NCBI GenBank assembly: GCA_016196625.1
Contig: JACPXH010000007.1
Coordinates: 150,461-214,460 of the forward strand
Source: Candidatus Parcubacteria bacterium
GTDB lineage: Bacteria > Patescibacteriota > Minisyncoccia > JACPXH01
Direction: 5' to 3'
Length of the DNA: 64,000 nucleotides
Shown: piece after piece, positions 8,424-17,347 of the stretch
Numbering within the stretch: position 1 is the stretch's first letter
How the letters are laid out: every line of letters starts with the position of its first letter
Made by a program: the position numbers and the translations under genes
The notes under the pieces: model-generated
The model's input: only the letters and a program-made list of their open reading frames with translations
Told to the model about the DNA's origin: nothing
Database searches by the model: none

Positions 8424-9398
8424 TCAGAGAAGTCCAATCGCCTCCTTGGCTTCGTGGAGTGTTTTGGCAGCTACCTCGCGGGCCTGCTTGGCGCTGTGCG
8501 AAAGCATAACCGTGACGTTCACGTCATGCTCAAGCTGGGCGCGGCGCGTGCGGATCGGTTCGAGGTAGACGCTGATAGCTTCGGCGAGTTTGGGTTTGAG
8601 TTCGGCGTACTGGAGCGTGCCGCGTTCGTACTGCTGGGCAAATTGTTCGTAGAAGTTCGGGCCGGTAGTTAACCGGAGCAGCTCGAGTAAATTGCGTCCG
8701 CCTTCACCACTCCCAGCTTGGCCAGTATCAGAAACTGCACCCTGAATTTTCTGTGCGATCGTCTCGGGCGAGTCCGACAAGTTGATGGCGTTATTCTCAC
8801 CGAGCGATTTGGACATTTTTTTGGTGGGATCGGTGAGCGACATGACTTTCGCTTCTGGGGTGAGGAGTTCTTTTGGCTCGGGGAAGATGGGTTTGTACGT
8901 ATCGTTAAACTTGCGAGCAATGGTGCGGCTAATCTCAATGTGCTGCGCTTGGTCTTGGCCCACCGGCACGGCATCGGCTTTATAGATGAGGATATCTGCT
9001 GCTTGCAGCACCGGATACGCAAACAAGCCGGCGTTGGGGCGTTCGCCGTGTTCGGCCATTTGCGCGGCTTTTTCCTTGTACTCCACCATGCGTTCTAGCT
9101 CGCCCATGGGCGTTAATGTTTCGAAAATCCAGGCCAGTTCCGTGTGTTCAGGCATATCTGATTGGCGGAAGATGACGCATTTTTCCGGATTAATGCCGGC
9201 TGCGAGCCAGTCGAGCACCATGTCGGTGGTGTCTGCGTGCAGGTTCCGCGCGGATTCCGGCGTGGTCAGCGCGTGGTAGTCAGCCACCATGAAATAACAG
9301 GTGGCTTTTGATTGTAGCTCCACCCAGTTTTTGAGCGCGCCGAAATAGTGTCCCAGATGGAGCTTGCCAGTTGGCCGCATGCCGGAGAGGATGGTCAT
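8424..9398 (-). CDS. trpS: Tryptophanyl-tRNA synthetase
   Basis: Class I HIGH motif (GKLHLGHY) and KMSKS (KMSKSLGE). Confidence 0.9.
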   Translation of the reverse strand: MTILSGMRPTGKLHLGHYFGALKNWVELQSKATCYFMVADYHALTTPESARNLHADTTDMVLDWLAAGINPEKCVIFRQSDMPEHTELAWIFETLTPMGELERMVEYKEKAAQMAEHGERPNAGLFAYPVLQAADILIYKADAVPVGQDQAQHIEISRTIARKFNDTYKPIFPEPKELLTPEAKVMSLTDPTKKMSKSLGENNAINLSDSPETIAQKIQGAVSDTGQAGSGEGGRNLLELLRLTTGPNFYEQFAQQYERGTLQYAELKPKLAEAISVYLEPIRTRRAQLEHDVNVTVMLSHSAKQAREVAAKTLHEAKEAIGLL

Positions 9399-9399
9399 A

Positions 9400-9517
9400 T
9401 CCTAAAAGTTCAAATTTCAAAATCCAAATTTCAAATCAAGTTCAAAGCTTAAAATCCAAAACAGTTTTGGCCTTTGGATTTGATTTGAACTTTGAGCTTT
9501 GGCATTTGGATTTATTG
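9400..9517. repeat. AT-rich word-repeat hairpin element (CAAAT / TTCAAA family copy 1)
   Basis: Left arm TTCAAATTTCAAAATCCAAATTTCAAATCAAGTTCAAAG and an imperfect inverted partner GGCCTTTGGATTTGATTTGAACTTTGAGCTTTGGCATTTGGATTT. The element fills the trpS / tRNA-binding-protein intergenic space. Confidence 0.5.
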
Positions 9518-9850
9518 TTAGGACAACACAGTCCCATTGAGCACTTCCCGATCCGGGTGTAGCAACACTGGCTTTCCATCCTCATTTGCACATACGATCA
9601 TCCCTTGGCTCTCAAGTCCCATGAATTGTCGTGATTCGAGGTTCGCGAGCACCGGGACTTGCTTGCCGATGAGCGTCGATGGTTCGTACCACTTTGCGAT
9701 GCCCGCGATGATTTGGCGTGGTCCGCCAGCTGGCGGGGCGCCGAGATCAACCATGAGCTTGAGCAGTTTTTCTGAACCCTCAATGCGCTCGGCTGCGGTG
9801 ATGGTGCCGATGCGGAGGTCGAGCTTTTTGAAATCGTCAATCGTAATCAT
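9518..9850 (-). CDS. tRNA-binding protein (CsaA / Trbp111 / MetRS C-terminal-like OB fold)
   Basis: 110 aa with DLRIGTI...AE and ...LKL..VDLG...RQI..G; the family assignment is by resemblance. Confidence 0.75.
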   Translation of the reverse strand: MITIDDFKKLDLRIGTITAAERIEGSEKLLKLMVDLGAPPAGGPRQIIAGIAKWYEPSTLIGKQVPVLANLESRQFMGLESQGMIVCANEDGKPVLLHPDREVLNGTVLS

Positions 9851-9852
9851 AC

Positions 9853-10040
9853 GAGAAGTTCAAATGCCAAAATCCTAATACCAAATCAAGTTCAAAGTGA
9901 CACCGCGTGTCATCCTGAGCCGAGAGGCGAAGGATCTCGAGATCCTTCGGTCGCTGCGCTTCCTCAGGATGACAACCGAGTTGTATTTTGGGTTTTGGGT
10001 TTGATTTGTCATTTGAGCTTTGACATTTGACATTTCTGTT
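9853..10040. repeat. Composite intergenic element: CAAAT-word arms (family copy 2) enclosing a GC-rich palindromic element GTCATCCTGAG...CTCAGGATGAC (9909-9973)
   Basis: Left arm AGTTCAAATGCCAAAATCCTAATACCAAATCAAGTTCAAAG. Right arm TTTTGGGTTTTGGGTTTGATTTGTCATTTGAGCTTTGACATTTGACATTT. The inner element has 11-bp terminal inverted repeats and an internal GATCTCGAGATC palindrome. Confidence 0.55.
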
Positions 10041-10084
10041 AGACGAGATTGCGGAGTTTATCCCGAGCGGAGCGAGGGACCTCG

Positions 10085-10096
10085 CTCGCAATGACG
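10085..10096. repeat. Solo terminus CTCGCAATGACG of the GTCATTGCGAG element family
   Basis: Exact match to the right terminus of the 1961-2085 element. Preceded by the local hairpin GCGAGGGACCTCGC. Confidence 0.4.
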
Positions 10097-10101
10097 CGGG
10101 G

Positions 10102-11919
10102 CTATACTTCTATAATAACAGGAAGTACCATCGGACGTCGTTGTGTCTTCGTGAACAAGAACTGCCCCAGTTTATCGCGGATGTTGTCTTTGACGTAGGC
10201 CCAGTTGATGGGTTTTTCGTGTCCCGTGGAGCGCGCCACGATTTCTTTAACTTTTCGCCGCATCAAGTTCATGAGGTCACGCGAGTCTTTCATATAGATA
10301 AACCCGCGCGAGATGATGTCAGGTTCGCCCCGCACCTTGCCAGTTTCAGAATCCACCACGGCAATGGTTACCACCATGCCGTCTTGGGCCATCACCTGCC
10401 GGTCCCGGAGCACGACGTTGCCAACGTCGCCCACGCCCAAGCCGTCCACCATGACGTAGTTGGCCGGCACGCGCTCCTTCAATTTTATCAGTTTGTCGCG
10501 GGCGAGCGCCACCACCTCGCCGTTCTCCGCGATGAGGATGTTCTGTTTGGGGATGCCTATTTCTTCGGCCAGCTCCGCATGGTTGAACATCATGGAATAC
10601 ATGCCGTGAATGGGCATGAAGAACTTGGGTTTGAGCAGCCGCATGATTTCGCGCTGATCTTCCCGGCGGGCATGCCCAGACGTGTGCAGCCCCAGATCGG
10701 CAGACTGGTAGACTTTGGCACCCTGTCGGTAGAGGTTGTCTTTGAGTGCCTGGACCGATCGTTCGTTGCCCGGAATGACCGAAGAGGAAAAGATGACCGT
10801 ATCACCCTTCTCAATGGCGAGGTCGCGGTGTTCCTTATTGACGAATCGCATTAAGACCGCATTGTCTTCGCCTTGCGCGCCGGTGCACAGGATCGTAAGG
10901 CGCCCCGCTGGATAGTTTTTGGCCTCGCGCGCGGTGGTGAAAGTGCCCTTTTGAGCCTTCAGGTACCCGAGTTCTTTGGCGATTGCCACGTTCGCTTTCA
11001 TGGAAAAACCTTCCACGATAACTTTGCGACCGTACTGTTCCGAGAGGCTCACCAGCTGCTGGATTCGGTTCAACATGCTGGAGAAGGTGGCCACGATAAT
11101 CCGACCCGCGGTGTTCTGGAAGACTGCCTCGAGGTTTTGCTGTACCGCTGTCTCTGAGATCGAATGCCCTTCCACTTCGGCCCCGGTTGAGTCAGACATA
11201 AGCAGCAGCACCCCCCGTTTGCCGAGTGCGGTGAGCGTGGCAATATCCGCGGGTTTCTCGTTGAGCGGCGTCAGATCTAATTTGAAGTCCGAGGTGTGGA
11301 TCATGAGGCCGACAGGAGTGGTGATGGCAAGTCCCAAGTCGTCAGGGATGGAGTGGTTCACATGGAAAAACTCCACTTGAAAATTGCCCAGCACCACCTT
11401 GTCTCCGGCTTTAATCTGATGAATTTCAAGTTTCGGCAGGCGCGGGAACTCTTCGTGGCGTTTGAGGAGCATGCCGCGCGTGAGGGGAGCGGTCCAGATG
11501 GGCGGGTTGCCGAGTTTTTCGACGAGGTAGGGCAGAGCGCCAATGTGGTCGTAGTGGCCGTGGGTGACGAGAACTCCGCGGATGCGATCTCTCTTGTCTT
11601 CGAGGTATTTGACGTTGGGGATGAGGAAATCAATGCCTGGCATGTCTTCGTCTGGGAAGCCGAAACCAACGTCGACGATGATGATATCGCCCGCGTATTC
11701 GAGCACCATCATGTTCCGTCCCACTTCGCCCAGTCCCCCCAAGGGGATAATGCGGACGTGATCGGTCTGTGGCCGGGTGCTTGCGGCTGAGGGGAACGGC
11801 GCCGCCGCGGGATGGGCGGGTTTGCCGTGAGGGGTTGTGGCCGTGCGGCGCTGGCGCGGGCGTTCGCGCTGGGCCGAGGCGCTGGCTAGAACGAATGAAA
11901 AATCGTTACGCATGTGCAC
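10102..11919 (-). CDS. rnj: Ribonuclease J (metallo-beta-lactamase / beta-CASP)
   Basis: HGHYDHIGALPYL metal-binding motif, and RNase J N-terminal RIIPLGGLGEVGRNMMVLEY. An unusual ~55-aa Pro/Ala-rich N-terminal extension sits before the conserved start. Confidence 0.85.
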   Translation of the reverse strand: MHMRNDFSFVLASASAQRERPRQRRTATTPHGKPAHPAAAPFPSAASTRPQTDHVRIIPLGGLGEVGRNMMVLEYAGDIIIVDVGFGFPDEDMPGIDFLIPNVKYLEDKRDRIRGVLVTHGHYDHIGALPYLVEKLGNPPIWTAPLTRGMLLKRHEEFPRLPKLEIHQIKAGDKVVLGNFQVEFFHVNHSIPDDLGLAITTPVGLMIHTSDFKLDLTPLNEKPADIATLTALGKRGVLLLMSDSTGAEVEGHSISETAVQQNLEAVFQNTAGRIIVATFSSMLNRIQQLVSLSEQYGRKVIVEGFSMKANVAIAKELGYLKAQKGTFTTAREAKNYPAGRLTILCTGAQGEDNAVLMRFVNKEHRDLAIEKGDTVIFSSSVIPGNERSVQALKDNLYRQGAKVYQSADLGLHTSGHARREDQREIMRLLKPKFFMPIHGMYSMMFNHAELAEEIGIPKQNILIAENGEVVALARDKLIKLKERVPANYVMVDGLGVGDVGNVVLRDRQVMAQDGMVVTIAVVDSETGKVRGEPDIISRGFIYMKDSRDLMNLMRRKVKEIVARSTGHEKPINWAYVKDNIRDKLGQFLFTKTQRRPMVLPVIIEV

Positions 11920-11927
11920 GTTATTCC

Positions 11928-12449
11928 TTATTGTTCTCCGTAGAAAATCTTTACCAACTTCGGCAGATCTCTTTTCGTTTTCTCGCCGCGGGAGATTCTC
12001 TCAAAGAGAGCCTTCGGGGTTAACCAAAAAGATTCAATGAAGTCGCGTTTGTTGTACTGGGGAGTTTCGTCCATTCGTATTTCGTAGACGTTCTCATGCG
12101 CCGAAACCCCGTCTTTCTGCGGCGTTAAATGACCCAGGAAACGGCAGGGAACTTTATCGGTATCAATATTCAGCTCTTCTTGCATCTCGCGCTTCAGCGC
12201 ATCGCCGTAGGTTTCGCCGTGCGTAACGTGGCCGCCCATGCTCATGTCCAAGCATAACGGGAAAATGTGTTTGTCGGCGGTTCTCCGAGGAATCCAAAGT
12301 TCGCCTTTCGCGTTTACCACAAAAGCATTTACGACCCGAAAGTTGGAAAGATTTTCCGCGTAGACCTCAGAGCGCTTTTTCTTCCCGATAACCGTGTCGT
12401 TTTCGTCAACGAGGTCTAAATACTCGTCAAGTGTATAAGCAGTGTCCAT
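11928..12449 (-). CDS. Nudix hydrolase
   Basis: Nudix box GGHVTHGETYGDALKREMQEELNI. Confidence 0.8.
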   Translation of the reverse strand: MDTAYTLDEYLDLVDENDTVIGKKKRSEVYAENLSNFRVVNAFVVNAKGELWIPRRTADKHIFPLCLDMSMGGHVTHGETYGDALKREMQEELNIDTDKVPCRFLGHLTPQKDGVSAHENVYEIRMDETPQYNKRDFIESFWLTPKALFERISRGEKTKRDLPKLVKIFYGEQ

Positions 12450-12463
12450 GCAAGTTTTCTTCT

Positions 12464-12550
12464 TGGTGGGCGCGGAGGGAGTCGAACCCTCAAGGACGTG
12501 AGTCCATACGCTCCTGAAGCGTACGCGTATTCCAGTTCCGCCACGCGCCC
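12464..12550 (-). tRNA. tRNA-Leu (anticodon CAG), type II long variable arm, CCA encoded
   Basis: The reverse complement folds as: acceptor GGGCGCG / CGCGCCC; anticodon stem TACGC / GCGTA with loop TTCAGGA; a 17-nt variable arm; T-arm GAGGG-TTCGACT-CCCTC; 3' ACCA. Confidence 0.8.
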
Positions 12551-12684
12551 CACCAGCCCCCGCATCAATTCTCTTATGAAACTACTTTAAGGAAAGAGCA
12601 AACCGAAGGCGATACCGAGCCGATAACTTCATTTCACTAATATATTCTCTCTGGAATTTGGTGCGGGGTTTCACCGCCTACCTA

Positions 12685-13704
12685 TTATTGCTCGGCGAGC
12701 CGGCTTTTGAGTTGTTCGACGATTTCAATGGGTGTGGGGTCAATGCCGTATTCCAGCGCCAAGTAGTACGACACGAGTTGCCCCCGAACTATCGTGGAGA
12801 AAATTTTCGCCAAGGGGGTTGAGCCGTCAATGGTTACCTCGTGCAGCGGGATGTCATGTTCGCGCAGAATTTTCTGGGTGGCTTCAATGCGTTTGGCCAT
12901 GCGGGGCTCTTCCTCGGGGTCTTTAAGCAGGATAACGTTCAGGTATTTCGCCGCGAGCTCGTGGGGGATATGTCCAATGGAACGGCTGAATCCAGCGAGC
13001 TCGTTGTGGTCGATCTCCGGGAAATGATTCCAGAACGCGGGGGTCTTCGCGTTTTCGTTGAGCGCCGCTTTCCAGCTGCGAGCGGTAACCTTCCACTGGT
13101 CTGACGCGTACACCACCGGTATTTTCCCCTTGAGCTCACGAGCGAGTTCTTCGGATTCGGTTTCGTAGGTATCGGGCTTGAGCCATGTGGCAAGCTGGCG
13201 CAGTTCTTCTTCAGCTGAAGCAATTACGCCTGCCTGTGCGAGTACCATAAGCATGGCGGTGTTGATTTCGCCCACTGCAAGCCGAGGCGGGATATCTTTG
13301 GTTTTGAGCTCAACTAGGTTGGAGTGATCCGCTCGTGCCAGCTCGGCCAGTTTTCCCCCACTCGTGATGGCCACGGTCGTGCAGCCCCGCTTTTTGGCTG
13401 CCTGGTAGGCCGAGATCGTCTCTTCGGTGTTGCCGGAATACGAGCTTGCGATCACCAGCACCCTTCCGGTGAGCCCTTTTGGCAGGTCGTAGCTGCGATG
13501 GACCCACACCGCTGTTTGGCTGCCGCGGGCGGTGGCCAGCGCCTGCAGGTGTTCGGCCGCAGCCATGGCCGAGCCGCCCATTCCGCAAACCACCGCCGCG
13601 TCAAAAGGTCCGGCAAGCTCCACCGCGCGCGCGGCTTCAAGCCCTCGCACGAACTGTTGCGGGAAATCGAGGATGACGGAGCGCATATCGTTTGGGTCGG
13701 GCAT
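12685..13704 (-). CDS. SIS-domain bifunctional phosphoglucose/phosphomannose isomerase
   Basis: SIS motif GMGGSAMAA. Length and architecture match the archaeal/bacterial PGI/PMI family. Confidence 0.75.
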   Translation of the reverse strand: MPDPNDMRSVILDFPQQFVRGLEAARAVELAGPFDAAVVCGMGGSAMAAAEHLQALATARGSQTAVWVHRSYDLPKGLTGRVLVIASSYSGNTEETISAYQAAKKRGCTTVAITSGGKLAELARADHSNLVELKTKDIPPRLAVGEINTAMLMVLAQAGVIASAEEELRQLATWLKPDTYETESEELARELKGKIPVVYASDQWKVTARSWKAALNENAKTPAFWNHFPEIDHNELAGFSRSIGHIPHELAAKYLNVILLKDPEEEPRMAKRIEATQKILREHDIPLHEVTIDGSTPLAKIFSTIVRGQLVSYYLALEYGIDPTPIEIVEQLKSRLAEQ

Positions 13705-13800
13705 GAAGCGAGCTTATAGCTTTTTAGCTTACTAGCTTTTAGCTTATTGGTCGAAGGTGCGTTGCGGGGCGTAAGCTAACCAGCTCATAAGCTAGAAAGC
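13705..13800. repeat. AGCTT-word inverted-repeat element
   Basis: GAGCTTATAGCTTTTTAGCTTACTAGCTTTTAGCTTATTGG ... GTAAGCTAACCAGCTCATAAGCTAGAAAGCTTATT. Same architectural style as the CAAAT elements. Confidence 0.4.
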
Positions 13801-15444
13801 TTATTTTCTCACCCGTTTCGTATTGATATACCACTCCTCTACGTGCACGAAGCGCTTGGAGGGTACGGTCACGAGCTGGGCGGAGATGCCTTTGATGCGG
13901 TTGGAGACGGGGTAGAGATAGGTGGGGGAATACAAGAATAACGCCGGGATGTCTTCGATTACGAGCTTGGAGAATTCTTCGTACTTGGCTCGGCGAGCCT
14001 CGCCGTCGAGTGTCTGGCGAGCCTCCTCCAGAAGTTTGTCGGCCGCACGGTTGTCGTAGAGTGCCAAGTTGAGCCCCGGGTTCTTCTTCTGCGATGAGTG
14101 CCAGAAGCTAAATGGATCGGGTTGGACGCCAAGGATTTCGCCAAAGAGAACCATCTCGTACTTCCGCGGCCGGATTACGTCTTGCTGAAGATCGAAAGAC
14201 GGCAGCACCCGGATATTCAGTTGCACCCCGATTGCCTTCCACGTGTTGCCGATGCGTTCGGCCACGCGCCGCAGCTCGTCATTGTCCGGGACGTGGAGCG
14301 TGAGCGCGAGCGGCGTGGATGAGGCGGTGGCGCCTGTCCCGAGTTGGCTCGAGGGGCCCAGCGTCTTTTCGCGCGTGCCGTCGCCGTCTTTGTCCTGCCA
14401 GCCGGCTCCGTCCAGCAGCTTGGTGGCCTCTTCCGGCGTGTACGGATAGCGGTTCGGATCAACTCCGGCGCCGGGCAGTCCCGGCGGGATTGGCCCCCAG
14501 ACGGTTTCTCCCAATCCGCCGAGCACCTCGCGGACAATGCCGTTGGCGTCAACAGAGCGGGCGAGCGCTTCGCGGACCGCTCGGTCGGCCAGAATCTTGG
14601 ACTGGGTTTGGTTAAAGAAGATTGTGAAGTATCGCGGCATCTTGAGGCGGTGGGTTGCCAGCTGCCGGCTGCGCAGTCGTTCAACGTTTTGGGCACTGAT
14701 GGCGCCGAGGCCCTCCACTTCCCGGCGGTTGAGTGCGGCGATCGCGTCTAGTTCCGAGTCGAAGAACTTAATTGTGATTTCGTTGAGGTAGGTTTTTGGG
14801 TCGTTCGCGCGTGGTGCGGCGCGCAGAGTGTAGGACTGAATACGGCCGTCTTTCGTCTTGCTAAGACGTGCGAACTGGTAGGGGCCGGCGCCGACGGGCT
14901 TGAGCATCCCTTCCGCCAGCGCCACTGACGAGGGATCGATTCCGCCCCAGACATGCTCCGGGGCAATGCCAACGGTGGTATTTTCAAGGAAGGGGGCGTA
15001 GGGGTTGTTAAGGGTGAACCGGATAGTCCGGTCGTCCACCTTCTCGGCTGTCACCCCCTGCCAGTTCAATCGGAGAGGCGAATCGTAGTCGGGATTCTGG
15101 ATCGCTTCAATAGTGAAGATGACGTCGTCGGCAGTCAGTTTTATCCCGTCGTGCCAGACAAGATTCGTCCGGAGCGTGAAAGTGTAGGTTTTGCCGTCGG
15201 CAGCGATGTCAACTTTCTCCGCGAGGTCGGGCTCGATCTCTCCGGTGGGGCCATAGCGCATGAGCCCCGAGAAGATGAGCTCGGTTAGATCTCGATCCAC
15301 GTCGCTGGCCGGGGCATACAGGGGGTTGACGTAACGGGGGCGACCCACAATTCCTTCCGCATAGGATCCGCCGGCGGCAGGGATCAGCTTTGTTTTGTTT
15401 TCGTATAGGCGCCAGCCAAGGAGCAGCGTCGCTCCGGCGAACAC
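13801..15444 (-). CDS. ABC transporter substrate-binding protein, family 5 (OppA/DppA-like)
   Basis: 547 aa with family-5 SBP features throughout (e.g. DVIFTIEAIQNPDYDSPL and the C-terminal lobe). The annotated N-terminus is hydrophobic, and the real start may be upstream. Confidence 0.75.
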   Translation of the reverse strand: MFAGATLLLGWRLYENKTKLIPAAGGSYAEGIVGRPRYVNPLYAPASDVDRDLTELIFSGLMRYGPTGEIEPDLAEKVDIAADGKTYTFTLRTNLVWHDGIKLTADDVIFTIEAIQNPDYDSPLRLNWQGVTAEKVDDRTIRFTLNNPYAPFLENTTVGIAPEHVWGGIDPSSVALAEGMLKPVGAGPYQFARLSKTKDGRIQSYTLRAAPRANDPKTYLNEITIKFFDSELDAIAALNRREVEGLGAISAQNVERLRSRQLATHRLKMPRYFTIFFNQTQSKILADRAVREALARSVDANGIVREVLGGLGETVWGPIPPGLPGAGVDPNRYPYTPEEATKLLDGAGWQDKDGDGTREKTLGPSSQLGTGATASSTPLALTLHVPDNDELRRVAERIGNTWKAIGVQLNIRVLPSFDLQQDVIRPRKYEMVLFGEILGVQPDPFSFWHSSQKKNPGLNLALYDNRAADKLLEEARQTLDGEARRAKYEEFSKLVIEDIPALFLYSPTYLYPVSNRIKGISAQLVTVPSKRFVHVEEWYINTKRVRK

Positions 15445-15672
15445 AGCCGCGAGAGTTAGGAAGATAGCTTTCTCTTTTCCCGTCAGGATTTCCGGCAGGT
15501 GCCGCCACTGTTGGCGGGTGGGCCACTTGTTTAGGAGCGAACGGAAGGCTGAAGTTGGTTTTGGCGGCCGGAGCGGCGGGATGATGTCGCGCGTTTCCGG
15601 TCCCGTTTTGTCGGATCCCGTTCCAGACGTATGGGGCAGGGGAGAGTTCGTAGGCGTGCGTGAATGATCAGT

Positions 15673-15891
15673 CTATCTGAAAAAGAGCTGTATGGCAGCA
15701 AGGCCGAGGAAGAGGGTCGTGAGTACAATCGTGCTGATGAAGAGAATCTTTTCGAGGCCGCGCTTGGAGCGGTAAATGTTTCCTTCGCCGCCAAAGGTTG
15801 CCGAAAGTCCGGTGCCGCGCTGCTGGAGCAAGACCGTTGCGATGAGCAAGATCGAGACAATGAGTTGAATGATGCCGATGAGGGGGTTCAT
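15673..15891 (-). CDS. secG: Preprotein translocase subunit SecG
   Basis: 72 aa, two TM helices, motif LLQQRGTGLSATFGG. Confidence 0.8.
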   Translation of the reverse strand: MNPLIGIIQLIVSILLIATVLLQQRGTGLSATFGGEGNIYRSKRGLEKILFISTIVLTTLFLGLAAIQLFFR

Positions 15892-15899
15892 GTTTCTAG

Positions 15900-16046
15900 G
15901 AGCGTGGCGGAGGTCTGTTCGGCGAGCGCTCGTTCGTCCAGCGACTCACTCGCTCTGTCCTCGCCGGTCGCCGAGCACTCAACGTGTTGAGTGCTCGGAC
16001 CGTGCCGACCGGCTGCGGATGTCGTCTCAAGACCTCCGCCACGCTC
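15900..16046 (+). other. Structured element, copy A (candidate ncRNA or cis-regulatory leader). It fills the intergenic space between the DUF360 gene and secG. Strand is undetermined.
   Basis: 17-bp closing stem GAGCGTGGCGGAGGTCT / AGACCTCCGCCACGCTC. Conserved block TCGTCCAGCGACTC. An 11-bp hairpin GAGCACTCAAC / GTTGAGTGCTC. Conserved tail CTCGGACCGTGCCGACCGGCTGCGGATGTCG. A second copy is at 22986-23223. Confidence 0.4.
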
Positions 16047-16050
16047 GAAT

Positions 16051-16413
16051 CTATTCGGTTTCGAGGCGGTCTTTCGGAAACGCCATCGTTATAAATAAGT
16101 TCGTGAGCCAGAGGATGATTACCGTCCAGACGTACGTCCAGACGCCGGAGATTGAAAGCTGCGGCAAGGCGAGATCCAATAGCCACAGCACCACTACGCT
16201 GATAATAATATTGAAGAGCCCAAAAGTTAGCAGAATCAGCGGGAAGGAGAATATTTTTAAGACGGGCTTTGCAAAAGCCTGGATGATACCGAGCACGATT
16301 GCGGCCAGCAGAATTGTACCAAATCCGCCGGCGAGTTGGAAGTTTGGCGCGAGGAGCTCGCGCGCAATCCAGAGGCCAATGCCGTTGGCGGCGATTTGAA
16401 CGATGATGCGCAT
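16051..16413 (-). CDS. DUF360 / phage-holin-4-like four-TM membrane protein
   Basis: PLILLTFGLFNIIISVVVLWLL...GVWTYVWTVIILWLTNLF matches the DUF360 consensus pattern. Confidence 0.65.
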   Translation of the reverse strand: MRIIVQIAANGIGLWIARELLAPNFQLAGGFGTILLAAIVLGIIQAFAKPVLKIFSFPLILLTFGLFNIIISVVVLWLLDLALPQLSISGVWTYVWTVIILWLTNLFITMAFPKDRLETE

Positions 16414-16577
16414 TGCGTTACCGGGTTCCCCCGGAGCGGCCGCTCGTGAGCGGGCCAGAAAGATACCCTAAGGGTAGCAGAACTCGGCTTAACTGTCAAA
16501 AGGCGTGTACGCGTCGGTTCAAAAGAAACGCCGCTCACCCCTACGGATCAGCGGCGTCGTGACGTGGACGATTCCGG

Positions 16578-17255
16578 TCACCCGATGGCTGGTAATCCCT
16601 CCAGCGGTGAGAGGAGCGGGTACTGGGCGAGTTCTTCAAGGAACGCCAGCACCGCATAGGCGAGCGGCGCTGGCAGCGATCCGAGGCTCTCGGCGAGGCG
16701 GCGGCCGCTCTCGGTGCTCTCTGCGCTGCGCAGCGTCGAATCAACAGCTGGCCTTAGCGATGGGCTAAAGAGATAGGCGCGGAGCCTGCCTACAACAGAA
16801 CGTCGGAGCGCGTTTCTTACCGCTGTAGCGTTGTTGCCGGTGTTCCCGCCCTCGAGTATAGGCCATACAGGTACGAATGCCTCGATGGTCCATCCGAGGT
16901 TTTGCTCAACTGTGGCGATGTTTTCGAGGGACCTGCGCATACCGACCACTGAATCGTATGCTCCCTCCATCACATGGATAGCGCCTATGACCGAGATGAG
17001 CGGTTTCCAGGAGAAGCCGAACGTCTCGCAAAGTTGCAGAGTACACTTGAGGGGGACGGGAGCTATGCCAGCTTCGATCAAACGGTAGGTGCTGGCGCTG
17101 ATCTCGAGACGGGGAGCGAGGCGTTCTATCTCGAATACGTCCTCATCAGCGGTCTCATTTCGTATTCGGTTGAGTACCAGTCCGAATGCGTAGCTGACGG
17201 GGTTCTTGTAAGGAATTTCGCCGCGATCCCGAGCCAGAGCCCGTTTCCTTGGCAT
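16578..17255 (-). CDS. Hypothetical protein, possible N-terminal XRE-like HTH
   Basis: Segment FGLVLNRIRNETADEDVFEIERLAPRLEISASTYRLIEAG resembles an HTH_XRE layout. The rest is unassigned. Confidence 0.45.
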   Translation of the reverse strand: MPRKRALARDRGEIPYKNPVSYAFGLVLNRIRNETADEDVFEIERLAPRLEISASTYRLIEAGIAPVPLKCTLQLCETFGFSWKPLISVIGAIHVMEGAYDSVVGMRRSLENIATVEQNLGWTIEAFVPVWPILEGGNTGNNATAVRNALRRSVVGRLRAYLFSPSLRPAVDSTLRSAESTESGRRLAESLGSLPAPLAYAVLAFLEELAQYPLLSPLEGLPAIG

Positions 17256-17347
17256 CCTCTACCTCCTTCTTTGTGGTTTCGGTTTCAAGCAGGATACTAT
17301 TTATACTCATACTTTGTCAAGTATGTTAGTTACAGTTATCCGAACGA

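Noticed and set aside
15869-16399. 176-aa plus ORF and 96-aa minus ORF across structured element copy A (similar ORFs occur over copy B at 22914-23540)
   Set aside because: The conserved QRVE.SDRA..LRMS peptide similarity between copies comes from conserved nucleotide blocks of a structured element with compensatory hairpin changes, not from a protein family. The ORFs overlap the DUF360 gene.
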